Origin: Ophelia neglecta
Lineage: Eukaryota
DNA length: 64,000 nucleotides
NCBI GenBank assembly: GCA_965285935.1
Contig: OZ260666.1
Coordinates: 67,828,001-67,892,000, forward strand
Direction of reading: 5' to 3'
Shown here: positions 13,942 to 28,142 of the stretch, piece after piece
Layout of the letters: every line of letters begins with the position of its first letter
How positions within the stretch are numbered: position 1 is the first letter of the stretch
Notes under the pieces: model-generated
The model's database searches: none
What the model was told of the DNA's origin: nothing
What the model saw: only the letters and a program-made list of their open reading frames with translations
Made by a program: the position numbers and the translations under genes

Positions 13942-16149
13942 GGTTCCAGCTCGCACACAACGCTCAATAGCTATAGTAGACAATAGTCTATTGCTAAAGC
14001 ATAGGATGCTTAAAACCTAAATAACCGAAGTTCACTCTCTAGAGTACAAAATGAATAAAAGTTTCTTCTTTGTCGGTTAATTGTTTGTGTCAATATGGAA
14101 TGTCTTGTTTAACTATTCACATCGAAGCAGAACACAACCGTGTCATCGAACAAGTAGCATGAACTATGTATACGCAGTCGGAATTAAGATTTTTAGACGC
14201 AAATACTTCAATTAGATACATCCTCCCAAATAATAGGCCCAGAACTCCACTATACGTAACAATTAGCAATGAAAAGTTCACCAAAGCCTGTAAATACCAA
14301 CTGTTGTCGGATTTTCTGGTACCAGTCTTTGTAAGAGAATCGGCAGAATAAACATCTAGCAAGGAATTATGTAATGTGATATAAAATCGTTTCAGGCGTG
14401 AAGGAGGACATTTGAAAGTAAAAGCGGATATGAAAACTTTTTGTATACTGGCAAGTATAGATTAAGGAACAAGTTCAATACAACACTTCCTCCACTGTGT
14501 TGTCTCTTGGTGGAATTGGTAACACGACTCTCTATATCCATCAGCTATTGTTAAATAAGACAATGTTTCCTGATTAGTTTGTGTATAAGTACCCATCTGT
14601 AGATGCAAAATGCCTCAGTATGGATATAGTCAATCTTCCAAGCAAAACACAGCAAGTTCAACGTTTTGATGTATATGCCCTATATTATTGTATCATCAAG
14701 ATTATCTGATAATCTGATAGTATTGGAGCAAACATAAAAATGAACATAGTTGTTCTGTTCTGGAAGCCATTACCATTCGAAACGCGTATTTAGTAAAGAT
14801 ATGTTGAGAATTTGAGCTGCACGATAATTGACAAGATGTTCATTACAATATTCGAGTCTGGCTACCTTCGGGTTGGCCTTTAAATGACAAAAGACAATTA
14901 TCTGATAGTATTCTTACATTGTATAAAAAAGCCCGTTTGGTTTCTCTTCTGTGCTAAAACTAACCGCTAAAGTAGTGCACTGAAGAGTTCCAAAGGCGTT
15001 TTTTTTAATCACGTGCGAACTCTGACATAGTCTGACAGGGTTGGCCGCTAGCCCATGTCTGGAAGCAAACGCCTGGTTGCCCATATAATGGAAGTAAAGC
15101 AAAAACATTTAATCCAAAAACATCTTCTTGGCGCTCTGTGGCGCACGTCATTCTAGATAAGCACATAATATCACACAGCGTTTTTATATCTGCTTCGGAT
15201 TGCCATATCTTTCCCAGGGAAGGTAAAGCCCACCGAGGGCAGATCGAGGGCGCATATGAAAAACGCAATGTGATTTGATATTTATCACACGCCCGTGAAG
15301 ATTATTAGGAAGCAATATACATGTATTTACTATAAGATGAGGGCGCATGTTATGGCTATTACAGGGATCATAGGAGGAATAAATTAAATAACAGCGAATC
15401 TGGCTCATATTCCTTCCCATCATCCTTAGTCTCAGACAACATGTGTCCGGCAAGTAAAGTATCCACTTCTGCCGGATTAATGGTCTCTGGCGCTCTCTCG
15501 TCACCAACTGATTCTCTATGTGGGCCGCAAATTATGCAGTCATACTTAGTGTTACATTTGTGTTCGCATTCTTCATTTCGTCAACACCTTCTGGTTCTGC
15601 TTATCTGGGGATAGCTACCGCGAACATTACTGCTGAACATGATAGTTTACCTGCACGGTTACCTTCAAAGCTAACCGCCGAACACGAACTAACCACGATG
15701 CGGTTATGGAGTTCATTTTGCCATTACCATCTAAAATACTTATAGAAAATGAATTGGGAAGACACCGCATGATATTTTAATAGTGCAGTATTTAGTTTTA
15801 GTCCCAAGAGACGATTGATGCATGGTTAATATCAAAACTAAAAGCATTAATATGAGATTATGTCATTGTTGAATACAATAGAGCAATTGCACTTGAGTAG
15901 TTAGTCATGTATGGCCGTTATGGATGTGGTTCTTACCCATGAAGAAATCTTACACCACTATATTTACTACTTCCGACGGCCACACATATTACTAATATGA
16001 AACTACTCGCATACATGATAAGGGTTTTACTTGTCATTAGTTAGCAACTATGGCACCATTTAAGATAAATAGGGCCTCTTTAGATTTAGAATCGATTCTT
16101 TACCAACGCAATGTTCATAAAACATGTCCGGGTTTGATAATTTACAGCT

Positions 16150-19100
16150 TTACTTTATAACTTTGAGTCTCATTCGTGTAATGTTTGTCGCTGTGGTGCA
16201 ACTCGGTCTCAATGTTTTTTTTGCAAAGCACGTGGCAACGTCGCAGGTTATCACGAGACCGATCTCTAGGGTAATTATAACTATAGCGACTGTCCCAATA
16301 CCGATCGATAAAGTTGTCTTGTCCGATTCAGTGTACTTCAATATCCTACCAGAACCTGCATCTAGAGCAATAAAAAAAACTGTTTAGTGACGGAAAGGTT
16401 AGTGAATTAAAGGCGAAAAATAAAGTGCCCAGAAAGAAATATGTAATTTTTTTTCCTATTTTCGAAATATTCGATTCATTTATTGAATAATAACATAAAC
16501 AACATGACACAAATAATAGGGCAATTGATTTATTAATATATTTCAGGTAATGGGATATGAAATTTAGTTTCATCACTTTCTTCATATATTTTGCCAATTG
16601 AATTTGACTAAAAACCTTTTTTCCGGGCAGATTCGTCGTTTTCACCGCACACCGTCTCGCAAGTAGACAGCTGCCGCTCAGTTATAATGCCCATGTTTGG
16701 TCCATGCGCATTAATTCCTCTATATCTTGTCCTATACCCTTTCCCACAGGATGATATACAGTCTCCCCATGGCTGCCAGTTTTGCCAATAATTTGAACAA
16801 GGTTTGTCTGTACATGACTTTGATCGAGATGTGGTTGCTAAAACATTAACATGGTAATGGCATGATCTTTAACGCTTTTACACGAAATAAACAGTCCAAA
16901 TATTCATCTAGTCATGTATCAAGACGATTGTTTGGTGAAGCAGAGTAGTAATAGTTATATTATATCGGTAGGAATATAAAGAAATTATAAATATTGTATA
17001 TGACTAGAGTGAGGCTTTATTTGAGTTCATTATCATATCTGGAGCATCCTATTCATCGAACAATTTGGCGCAAATACTATACGCCTTGTAATGGCCTCTA
17101 GCTGAACCCGTAATGCAAATTCTAATTTGCTTTTTCTGTCCTCGCAGTGACGTCAGAAATGAGCAGTATGTCAAATGTAGTCAACTTTTTCATGGGCGGT
17201 ATATTCGACCTTTTGATTCTACCACTTTAATCCAATCATTATAATATATTTCAACTGATCTGTACTGTGCAGCAGCGAACTTAGATATTTACACATTTCA
17301 AACTATAGCACTCTCGGAAAAATCGAGAGATCCGTACCAAACCCCCACATTTATGGCTAAGGGTAAGGTACTACAAAAACTATAAGGAAAACATATAACA
17401 AGAATAACGGAAACCTACTAAATAAGACACCGGCCTTAATAGATTGTACATCGAAATATGGATGGATGCATCCTATCGGTTGATTACACAGGGTGAATCT
17501 GATTTGTGTACTGTTCCCGCATTGGGCACCACACTTGATCCACGGGCTCCAGACACACAGCTCCAGCCGCCTCGCTTAGTATGAAACGATTTTAAAAGTA
17601 AAAAGCACATTCATTTTAAAGGCAAAAAATGAAGCATTCTGTTGGACCTTATAAAAAAGAATTTATCAATGTAACACACCAATCCAACAATATTCATGCA
17701 GTATTCACTTGGTAATATCTTAACTTATGAAATTTATAATAATGGTATAATTGTTCATGCTCACATCAACATTTAAATTTGACTCCTACAGGCCCCAAAT
17801 CGATAGACACCATGTTCTAGGCTGCCCGATATTTTTACCGGATTCATTTGTCAACCAGTAAACTAAACATTTTTATGTTATTAAATATAACTTATAATGA
17901 CCGAAGAGTTAAAACCAATCACCAGCTTTCTTTCCGAAGTTGACTAGAAACCCAAATGAAAAGTTCGCGCCAACTGAAATTTTAGTTAATGAGAATGATA
18001 AAACAGCTATATGATCAAAACATGTACATTCTAGTAGATGATTTTTGTGTATTCCAAACAATAGGAACGAGCTCTTCGTGTAAACATATTTGGAAGCGAC
18101 TTCTGAAGAAATCCACATTAGATTTGTGCACCATGTGTGACAAACACGTTCATAATTAAGGATTTTCCTGAAGTATGTAATTGTATTAATACTCCAAACA
18201 CTGATTTTGTTTGCTTACTATATTTGGCTTGTAGAAGTGGATTGCACGCAACGTAAAACAACCAAAATATAACATTGATAAAGATTATCAGGTAGCATTA
18301 AATTGGCACAGGTTGGCTATAACCTAAATTCTAAATCAAACCTGCGCGACCTATCAACAGAAACAAGATATCGATTTGTCATTTAAAATAGCGCATCTTT
18401 ATCTACCTGCTGTTTTATCATGAAGCATTACCAATGTGCAATTTGGAACGGTGTCCACTCTCGGTGGAGGCTTGCTCACGTCCGCCATGTCAAAGCCTGT
18501 TGATACGTTTTTGGATGGTTTTGTCAACTGGTTAAGTGCTATCGTCTCCGAATAAACATTAGTGATTGATTTGAACATTCTAGATTCAATGGGCATCATC
18601 AGGGTGGTGTTGATGACGGTATCAGGTTTAAGTGTGGAGGCTCTCATTGTATCGATTTCTGATCTTTGATTTGAAGTTGGTATGTGTTCAGTAGGTATGG
18701 AGCTATCTGCAGCTGTTGGGAGTGTTGGCGAGGAGGCATTTTCTTGCTTATTTGTATTATTAGGCAGACTCGTAGTTAATGAACTCAATGGCGTTTGTGG
18801 ACCACCTAAACGGAATAAAAGAAGAATTCCGACACATCAACTTTTAATAAGTCTGCAAACGTCCCCAGAATATCACTAGCAATGGGTATCAAAGTATGGA
18901 ATAGTTTTCCACGATGCGGGTCCGAGCACAAACATACAAGTCATTGGTAAATGCTGGATTTGGATTTGATTTTAAGGTTTAAATTAACATTTAAATTTTG
19001 CAATTAACGCTTCGGTCAACGCACGCAGGACAGTGAAGGAATAATGCCTAGGATAATTTATGGTGGACTGCTAAAGAGGAAAATGGTTCTGCCTCCTCGA

Positions 19101-20113
19101 CAGTGAATCGATTTGTTAACTGAATAAAGTGGCCCGGTCACCCTTTGAACTTCTTCCTCTCTTCTCTTAATGTAAATAGTAATAAGCTATGCACTGACCT
19201 TGTGATGTCTCACATATGAAATAGTGATTTCCGCTCCAGGTTGTTTTCCAATATGTGTCGTTGTAGAGTACTAGGGTTTCGGGTCCCGGCTGGTCCGTGT
19301 CCCATCTCGTCCACTGCCCTAAGATGGAGCCATCCGACCACACGAATGTTCCGAACAACTTGCCAAGCCCAATCCAGCTAACCAAACTGTAATGTACAAT
19401 TCAAACCCGTTTTCAACGAAACAAATTGGGAGAATAGCATTTGCCGAAAATGTCTCATTAGGTAAATGTTGACAAAAATGGCTAGCTGGGTTAACTTTCT
19501 AAATGACATTTCTCGGAAAATGTGATATTCGAATTAAGATTCTGGTTGCAGGCAACAGTTTACCATGATGCGAGTCAGAACAAAAAAACAAACGAGTAAG
19601 TGGTCTTGGTACACTAATCAATTCATGTCTTTGCTGCCTTACTTACACTGTGGTTTGAAGCCATTAAATACTATACATACCCATTCTCGATCAGGCCATT
19701 TGAAACAAGAAAATCATGTTCCTCTTGTGTATCTATCACCCCAAGGCGTCCGCCGTAATTGTACGAGCAGTACACTGCGCTCCACGCCCATGAACGAGTG
19801 ACGGCAGGTCTTCGGTAACACCCATGGCCAGTGAGACACTTCCAAACCGCGCCTGTAAATGTGTGCCTTATCATAGATATACGTGTTTTTTTTTTCTCCA
19901 AAAAAGTATGTTACTAACTTTAATTACTGCTCATACGTAAATTCCTACATTCACATTAGCAATTTAAACAGCGTTTTATCTTTTAAAAATGATTTTTGTG
20001 TTTTGGTTACACCTTTTCATCACCTAAAGCCAATTTTTCGTTGTAAACCACCTACCATTGGCAGACAGGAAGTATATAACCAAGGAGATGATCTGGGTTT
20101 TGCGGAATAACAT
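16150..20113 (-). CDS. Paralog B: signal - C-type lectin domain - short mucin stalk - 2xTSR - TM
   Basis: Exons 20113-20056 (MLFRKTQIISLVIYFLSAN), 19852-19681 (CLTGHGCYRR...WAWSAVYCSYNYGGRLGVIDTQEEHDFL), 19386-19199 (WIGL...FVWSDGS...WDTDQPG...YFICE), 18805-18407 (stalk), ~17574-17430 (CVWSPWIKCGAQCGNSTQIR), ~16837-16616 (CTDKPC..WQNWQPWGDCISSCGKGYRTRYR) and ~16361-16150 (ESDKTTLSIGIGTVAIVIITLEIGLVITCD). Confidence 0.8.
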
Positions 20114-22399
20114 CTGACTGACTTGTTGACAATCCAAGAAGTTCAACTAAAAGCAGGCATACATTCACTGCCAACAGGACACACGTGTGACATTATCCTA
20201 ATCATCAATCGTTTGACGTTTAGCGAACGAGACGAAAGTTGTCTTTTTAAAGCCTGTCGTGTCGATTGATTGTTGTAGAAAATAACGATTTAAAGAAATC
20301 TCTGTCTGTTTCTTGATGCTTTCTTACCTCCCACCTCGGATAAAAGTCGGATTCATTTGTGTAATCGGTCTTAATTTGCTGAGCGGAGTATGAAAACCTA
20401 GTTCCTTTAGTCTTAAGTTTAATCCTTGTCAAGGAGTAGCTTCCAGAAACACCGATTAAAACGGGTCTCAGCCAATCGCAGTAGGCTAATCAAATCCCGA
20501 AACGTTACACCGCTCTAGTAAACCGGGCCTTGGGTGTGTGTCGGATGCGGACATATGTACATTCGTGCTTAATGTCCTGTCTATTAACACTTAAACGCCA
20601 TTAGTTTTTCACCGTTGGGTCGATTTTTGCTGATAGTGTCTTGCTACAAGTGATTATGTTTGCACTGAAATTATGATCACTCTATGCTCTAAGAAGAAGA
20701 TGTTAAAGTAGGTTAATATAAACCATCATGTGTGCTGGACCTTGCCTTGTTTTTAAAAACTCACCTTTTCTTGAATCATACATGTGATAATGGCCATATT
20801 TGATCCTGTGATATTAGATTATAATTCGAATATACTCAAGGAATAATAACCTGGTGAATATGGGGCGACTGTGGTGCCAATATGAATTAAAATTCATAAA
20901 AATAACGCGAGCTTAGTTTCTTTTTTTCAAATTTACGTAGTCACTGAAATCGCGATTGGTGGTTTCTCAGTATTTGCTTATTGTCCTTTGGTTTCAGTAA
21001 CGTAAGGCTTCCTCTACAGACATTCGGTAGTAGTATAATATCTCTCCTAGGACAGGGAAGGATGTTACTAAAGCCACTACCTATTTCCGTTTGTCTGCTA
21101 CGGTGTATTTTCTTTTGTCAAAAAAGTTCTTTCAAACTGCCCTTCTTACTAAACAAATCCGGAATCAAAAGCCTTATAACCGTCCTGGCTTATACATCGC
21201 TTTGTGATTGACACTAAGGTAATGCTGAATTGACTTTAGTACAAACATGAATTTGTTTATGATCTCGCACCGCCTTTATTTTGTGTACAATATGATATCT
21301 CTAAAATCACACTAATACAAACACCCTCACACTCATGTACACACACACTCACACAAACACAGCCACACATTCTCACAGCCACACAAAATAAGATATATAT
21401 CGATAAACATAATATTTCCACAAGTGGTAGAGACTATTATATAGTGGAATTCTGAATATATCGAAACTCTCTGTTTAAAGTTAGTTTTGCGGACACAACT
21501 TACATGGAAAAATCATATCATATTTGTCGCTAAGGGCTAAGTTTGGGGATGAAATATTCTGTTCTATTTGTTGATGAACTAACAAAATAAATATGAAATT
21601 TCAACAAGATCTAACTTGTTACGGAACTACTCGTCACGGTAGGCATGAGATAAAACCACCAAACCCCAACACGTTATTAGATCACCGAGAACATTTGAAC
21701 CTTAACTTTCAATAATCGTAAAAAGTATATTTGCGCCCCTAGAATGTTCTGAAACGGTTTCTTAGCAATGCTGTGCAAACTGAGCGACGATATTTTCTTA
21801 TAGTTAAAATAATAATTACATCCGGGTGATAGCATTAGATTTTTTCATTTTTGTCTGACACCCACCTTCACATTCCTAACAGCAGTTACTCAACGCTCCA
21901 TTTTGGCACCAATTTAAATTCTATTAAATGACAAGCTGTATGGTCAATCAGACGCTTTTTATATCTACACCAACATTCTGTCCTAGGTTTCTGGCTACTT
22001 AAGAAGACGTGTTTACTGATCATCTTATTGATCCTTGTATAAGCTGTTTTGTTCATGTCTTGTCGTGAGTTCGCTGAAATCCAATGGCTCCAGTTTACTC
22101 ACTTAAGGTGTTTGCTGTAAGTGAGGCAACAATTATGTTTCAAAACCATAGCGTGGTTGCTATGACGGCTCTGCAATGAAAGCTTACACTGCCCCAGTTA
22201 ACACCGAACAAAAACGATCCTTGCGTATTCTAAAGATAAGGGATATGAGCACTTGATATGAAACGTGCATTGAAACGCTATATATATATATATATATATA
22301 TATAAGATGCAAAACGCTTTTTAATGTGTGACCGATTTGTGAACGACTGTGCTCTGCAGGAACTGTTAGCTTCGTGTGTTTAACCCGTTCAAACACGGT

Positions 22400-22760
22400 A
22401 AACAAGAGCAAACAACACTCACATCTTGACATTACATACGGTGAGGAGCGTTTTCAGGTCACGCCTCCACAGCTGTGGAATGCATTGCCGTTCAGCACTT
22501 GACAACCGAGTTTACTTGCATCTCTAAGTCTTTTAAAACGTATTTATTTACGCAGTTATACGCAAAATTGTCAATTTATTTGTACCTCTTGTATTAAGAT
22601 TTTAATGTGTCCCATGTCATCTAATCATTTTGCATACATACACTTAACTTTATAACGTTTTGCTGTCTGTCGATAATATACGTTGAGCGCTTTAAAGCAT
22701 TTTATGGATTATGCGCTATGTTCAATACTTGTAATACTAATATGAAGAAGAAAAAAAAAC
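22400..22760 (+). mobile_element. Degraded 3' fragment of an L2-type LINE
   Basis: Remnant YG..RF...PQLWNALP coding signature, then a gcgct...gcgct 3' tail motif and an A-rich end. Confidence 0.55.
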
Positions 22761-23524
22761 TTGAAAGGCCGCAACTTAATCTGTACATTCATTAATACAA
22801 CTACTTTCACTAAAATACATAACACCAATTCTAGAACCAAGGGCTATCAAATTAATATACGAAGCAGACTCATTGCTTTTATTTTACACAACATTGTTTA
22901 ATACGAAACCTTTTGTCAGACAAAGTCAAGTTAATGTTAGTTATTAATATTTTTATAATATTTTTATAATATAGTTCCCACCAGTAGCAATATATTGATT
23001 GCATAAGATGGTCGCTTTCAGTGAAACCATTTTGAAACTAAACATTGACGTATCCATTAAATGACTGGTAGGAGTGGTAGAAATTGAATTTAATATGAAG
23101 TGTATGGGACAAACAATGTCATTGGTCAATTTATGACATGAACAAGGTTTTCTGAATAATAGATATGCCAGATCATCTAGTAAAAGACACTATTCCCAAA
23201 TCAATAACCCTTAACTCCAGTTCTCAATAAAGGCTGTGCTGATCAACCACTGCCGAACGACTAGTCGTGTTTTCAGTATGCATTGGCCCAAGTATGCATA
23301 GGGACAGGCAATATCACATCCCTTCTGCTAAAGTTTAAATTGGTGTACTTGCTTTTCGTAGTTTCTGGTCAGTACATGATTTAAAAACTTAAACAGGTTT
23401 TGCTAGAACAGTAGGTTTACTTTTTACTGCCTTTTTAAATGAATATATCAACAAACTAAACCCACGATTAAACAAAACATTAGTGTTAGGTACAGTCAAA
23501 TATCACGGGATAATTTCCTCAATT

Positions 23525-25800
23525 TCATACTCGCAGTGGTTGTTTCCCATTTTGTAGACATCTTATACAGACATTTTTCTATTTTTTACCTCTATCAAGG
23601 TACAGATGTCCAGCAGAACTACAGTCGCTGATATGACGACGATAATCACAACACTGACAGTCCCTGTTGCCACAGCTGACATTCTCTTGTCCGCTTCGGT
23701 GTAGTCTATTGCAAACAGGCCCTTCTTCTCTTTGCTTGCATCTGATAGATAATTAATATATTTCGCCCTATTATATATTCACATGTGCAATTTTTGATAA
23801 TATGCAGCGAATTCACGGAGTAATAGGTAACCGCATGATTAATGCTAGGAAAGCCGAGACTTAGCTTAATCTTGCAACTTTGAGCCTATTATCTAAAACT
23901 GGCTTGATATGACAACAACAAAAGCCCACTAACCTTCCGTTTTTAAATTCGAGGTAATACAACTTTCTTCGCAGAGTTTGAACCCGTTGTTGGTGGCACA
24001 TGTAAGGTTTGACGGCAGACAACGTCGGTCCCTTGACCTTGACTGGACTCCGACCCCACATGTAGAAGAACACTTCGCCCAGGGAGTCCACTCTTCCCAG
24101 GTTGACAGACATGGCATCTGGTTACATTCTCCGTTCTCAGTTGAGTAAGCTAGATACCAATACAGTATATGTTTAACAAAGTAGTTATTGATAGCAGGAT
24201 TTCAAGTTATTTGTGATGCCACGCAATCGTCTCTGATTACTTAGCAAGTAGAGGCCATGGCGTGCCTTTCATCATCTGTGTTTGCTCATATAGTTTCGTA
24301 AATATGAAACTGGCAGATTTGTGTGATTTATGCCCATAGACAAAAAACCATGTTGTGGTTGTTCCACGTATCGCCCGCATAGAGACATGGTCGTGAGCCA
24401 TTTAAAAAGGCAACGTATATTATTCCAAACACCATACGGCAGAGGAAGTGGAGACGCTGAACTAGGATTTTTTTCGTGGAGTAACTCGGCTTATTTATTT
24501 CATCCTAAATCACAAAGTTGGTCTGCTAAATACCCAATGATTAATCAACAGTAGATTATCTCTTACATACGGTATTTTCGTCAAATGTAATTTTGTCAGA
24601 AATTCAAGAAACAAATAATGTCCGAAAACATCAGATATAGAATTACCAGAGCGTGACCCATCTATGTTACTTATAATTTTAGTTATCTTCTTATATGTGG
24701 GCACCGGAAGTATTTAGTGTGTATCTTTTTAGATACAATGCCTATTAAATCACCCAATAAACTTACATATGATATTTCACTTCTTGTTTATTCCACTCTT
24801 ACCTATATTGCTTTTGCCGAGCTGTACTATTTGAGTGAAGTTTAAATGATCATTACATCCTGGTACTATATTGCAAACTTTAATTCGTCTGCGCCACCCT
24901 CCGTCACATTTTTCACTACAATTGTTCCATGCTCCCCATTGACACCAGGACAAAACTGGGGAAAACATTAAATAAACCTATTAATGTTCAATTATACTAA
25001 TCAATAGATTACAGTTCCTAGTCTGTTGTTTGTGCAATCAGTTTATTCTTTATTTATTCTCCTATGGTCCCAACTTTCTGTTCAGAAGTTCTCATGCAAT
25101 TGAATATGTACCAAATACCCACCTGTTTCGTCGGTCTTGCCACTGCCTAGTACAGCCGTATTCGAGTTCATCCCACTACAATCCTGACCATAAGCTGGTG
25201 TGTCCGATATCATTGATTGTGACACTGAAGAGAATCGTTCGGAAGTGTTTGGCTCCCTAGTGTCTTGCACAGTTATATTTAATACAGCAGCTATGGGAGT
25301 TATTGTATCTGTTATTGCAGTGTATGCTACTGCAGTGTCGATAGTAGTGTCTGTTTCAGTACCATGAAACCAATTGCCTCGTTTCGAAGGTTCTTCATTC
25401 TCGCTCTCTTGCTCTGAGGACTCACCATTTGACTTTTTTGGAACCAATCCTGCAATATGAACTCTAATTCAATGTCAAAACCTTCCTCATAAATCGTTAT
25501 CAAGTTTAAGTGTAACACACAGAATGCGTGCATGTTATTGCAATGCAGTTCTGTTGATCCCCATCTTCTACTTTTTGCATTGCGCTGCGGCTGTTGGTTC
25601 TGATGATTTATGGACTATTCAAGATAAAAGATTGGCTTTGTCGGCCGGGTATCTGCTCCCCTTCTTATACTTACATAAATGAATGGTAGGTCAAAGTGCA
25701 CTGCAGAAAACCGAGTAGTTTTGAAGAAACTATACTTACCAATAATACACAAAAAGATAGTCATCATGCAAATGATGAAGTGCGTGTAAACTGACATCAT
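23525..25800 (-). CDS. Paralog C: lectin-less signal - short stalk - 2xTSR - TM protein
   Basis: Exons 25800-25740 ([21 protein letters not shown]|gtaagt), ~25449-25123 (stalk, ends DET G|gtgggt), ~24955-24803 ([25 protein letters not shown]), ~24149-23934 ([32 protein letters not shown]) and ~23741-23525 ([31 protein letters not shown]...RV*). Reading frame intact throughout. Confidence 0.8.
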
Positions 25801-26824
25801 TGTGACTCTCAGGAACCTTCTTCAACGAATCTCCATTAACAACACATCATATACAGTGTATGTGATGGCCAATTGCAGTCCACTAGCCTGCAATTTTTTG
25901 TACTTTAACCAGGCATCAAAATATCTATAGGTATCGTGCTCCAGAACATGTTTTATTGTTATCCTAGGAAATTGGGCATAGAATCTGAGCGGATGTGTGA
26001 CATATGATATTACTCTTCCACAGAGGATTGATGTCTCCATCCATTAACGCCTCATTCTAGTCCAGATGAATTACTACGGTTGTAAACACAATATCAATCT
26101 ATAAATTCAGTACTGTGGGACTCAATCATGAATTACCATTATCTGAGCAAAGTATTAATAAATCACCTTTGACAATTTTAGGGAAAAGAAATGCCATGTT
26201 GAAGCAAAGGCCCATTTTTAATGGGTAATGTTCCTCAGCAATTGGTCATATACTTAGTCTGTGTATTGATTGTGTAGCACTCTGCCTTGCTAGATAGGTA
26301 TATATCAGTTGCAATGAAGTAAAGACTGACTATGTATAAAAAGGCGATTTTTCATATCGAGATAGTTACTACTCCTGAATGAGCTTGTGGCACAAAGATT
26401 CTATGATGACTACTTTATACAATAGGTGCCTGCAATACTGAAGAATCATTACAAGGTAGCACGAAACAATTTTCTATGCACAAACTTTTTGGTAATTGGG
26501 AATAGTAGGTTTCATAGTATAAGCCGCATTATGCGGAAAAACGCCGGTGGGTCACAATATTTGCATTCTTGATGTCATTTACGTCCACACCAGATATTGA
26601 CAGTTATTGTCATTTAAGATCACACGGGTTCTAGTGAGGATTACACTTGATCTTGTAATAGTTATTTTCATAACCCACCACATTTAATCTGCAATTTGGT
26701 TACCCACAAATGTTGGCCTTATAAGATTTAATGTATTGGTTTATAACAGATATTTTTTCGGATTGCACATCCTGGTTTGGTAAAAAGTCCGATTTCATTT
26801 GTGATTTCATTGATAACAAGGACT

Positions 26825-26978
26825 TATGCTGTTTAGGAAGTCATGTTCTTCCTGACTTCCAGAACAGCTCCGGCTTGCTTAAAACACCTGCTGCCTGAGC
26901 CTACGTACCAGGAAAATGAAAGGCCGCTCACTCGGAAACACTGTCCATTAAGCAACATGCTCTCAGTGACGCCAAGCC
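26825..26978 (-). pseudogene. Frameshifted orphan C-type lectin exon homologous to gene D exon 2
   Basis: NGQCFRVSGLSFSWYVGSGSRCFKQAGAVL, then a frame change to SQEEHDFL. Gene D reads NGQCFRVSTGSFFWAAVSGSRCSIYAGAGALLASVLSQEEHDFL, implying an ~10-nt deletion. Confidence 0.8.
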
Positions 26979-27775
26979 CTGGACCAAAGTAAAACATAAG
27001 AATAGAATCATCATATTAAGCATTAACCTGTGATTTCATATTTACCTGCCATAGATAGTTCACCGCTTATAAACAATTCCAGTCGATGTAACGTTTATAG
27101 ATATAAATCAAACACACCTGGCTGGAATCTTGAGTAAACTATGGTAATGGTGAATTGCCAACTGGTCTTAAGTGGAGAATGTTCCTTCTTTATCATTAGG
27201 TCCAAAATCGTTTGAACCCAATATTTATTTAAAGAAAGAAAACATTAAGAAATTCGCGGGTTCAACGCCTTTTTTGGGAGGACATTAGCTTTAGTATTAG
27301 CGTTCACAAGCTTTTCGTATTGTTCATTTAACGAGCAAGATTGTATTATTATCGGATGTGTAACAAAATCAGATCTAGGCTATTGGGCTGTTTGACTCTG
27401 TTTATTAGTTTGTGGCCAATTGTCAGGCATTTTGTTCTTAGCGATTAGTCGATGGATACTGACTGGAGAATATTTAGGTTAGCAAAACATTTTCCGACTC
27501 ATCTTTTCTATAGAGCCAAAACGATCAATAACTTGCTGCAGCTAAAAACATTTTCATAATTATTACTTCGATTGTTTTTGTTTTTCATGCCACCAATTCG
27601 CCAGTGGTCGATATTCACCTTACAGTGTTTACATGCCAAGCAAAGAGCACTTCAGTTCTTATGATGCTTTGCTGGTCACAAAATGGTCAGTTTCGTTTCC
27701 CCTGGAAACTTCCTTGATTGACCAACAACAATTTTGACTATAGAAGTTGTTTTATTTATAAGGCATATACATATA

Positions 27776-27936
27776 CAGTGAAACCTGCCTTAAAGACCAC
27801 CTGTAAATTCAGACCACTTATATGACGACCATTCTGTATACTTTCAATGTTAAAAAACCTTTCTAAGCAGACCACCTCCGAAATCAGACCAGCATTTTCC
27901 AGTCCCTTGGGTGGTCTTTACTCACAGATTTTACTG
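27776..27936. mobile_element. Tc1/mariner (pogo/Tigger-like) MITE
   Basis: TA|CAGTGAAACCTG...AAAGACCACC at the left end and GGTGGTCTTT...CAGATTTTACTG at the right end form imperfect TIRs. Internal agaccac subrepeats. Confidence 0.65.
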
Positions 27937-28142
27937 TCCTCTTTCGGAAGAATAGAGTAAGCACCCTCCGATATGTGTTGGTGCAAAAGATATTCCCTGG
28001 TCAAGTTGTTGTGATAGAAAGGCAATTCTGATTTTTTCTCATTGCTCTCCCAATAAAACAAATGTTCCTTCACAAAGACATGGTGGATATAATTCTTAAA
28101 TAATTTATCCACCAGTAATATATATTGTCTGGAATTTTCAAG

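Noticed and set aside
14914-15507. Cys-containing short minus-strand ORFs upstream of gene A as a possible PAN/lectin head exon
   Set aside because: No coherent domain motif or compatible splice sites, and gene A already has its own leader exon at 13941.
17909-18215. ~97-codon open frame in a gene B intron ending in a phase-1 donor-like KKAG|gt
   Set aside because: No in-frame phase-1 acceptor found and no counterpart in paralogs; cannot be supported without RNA data.
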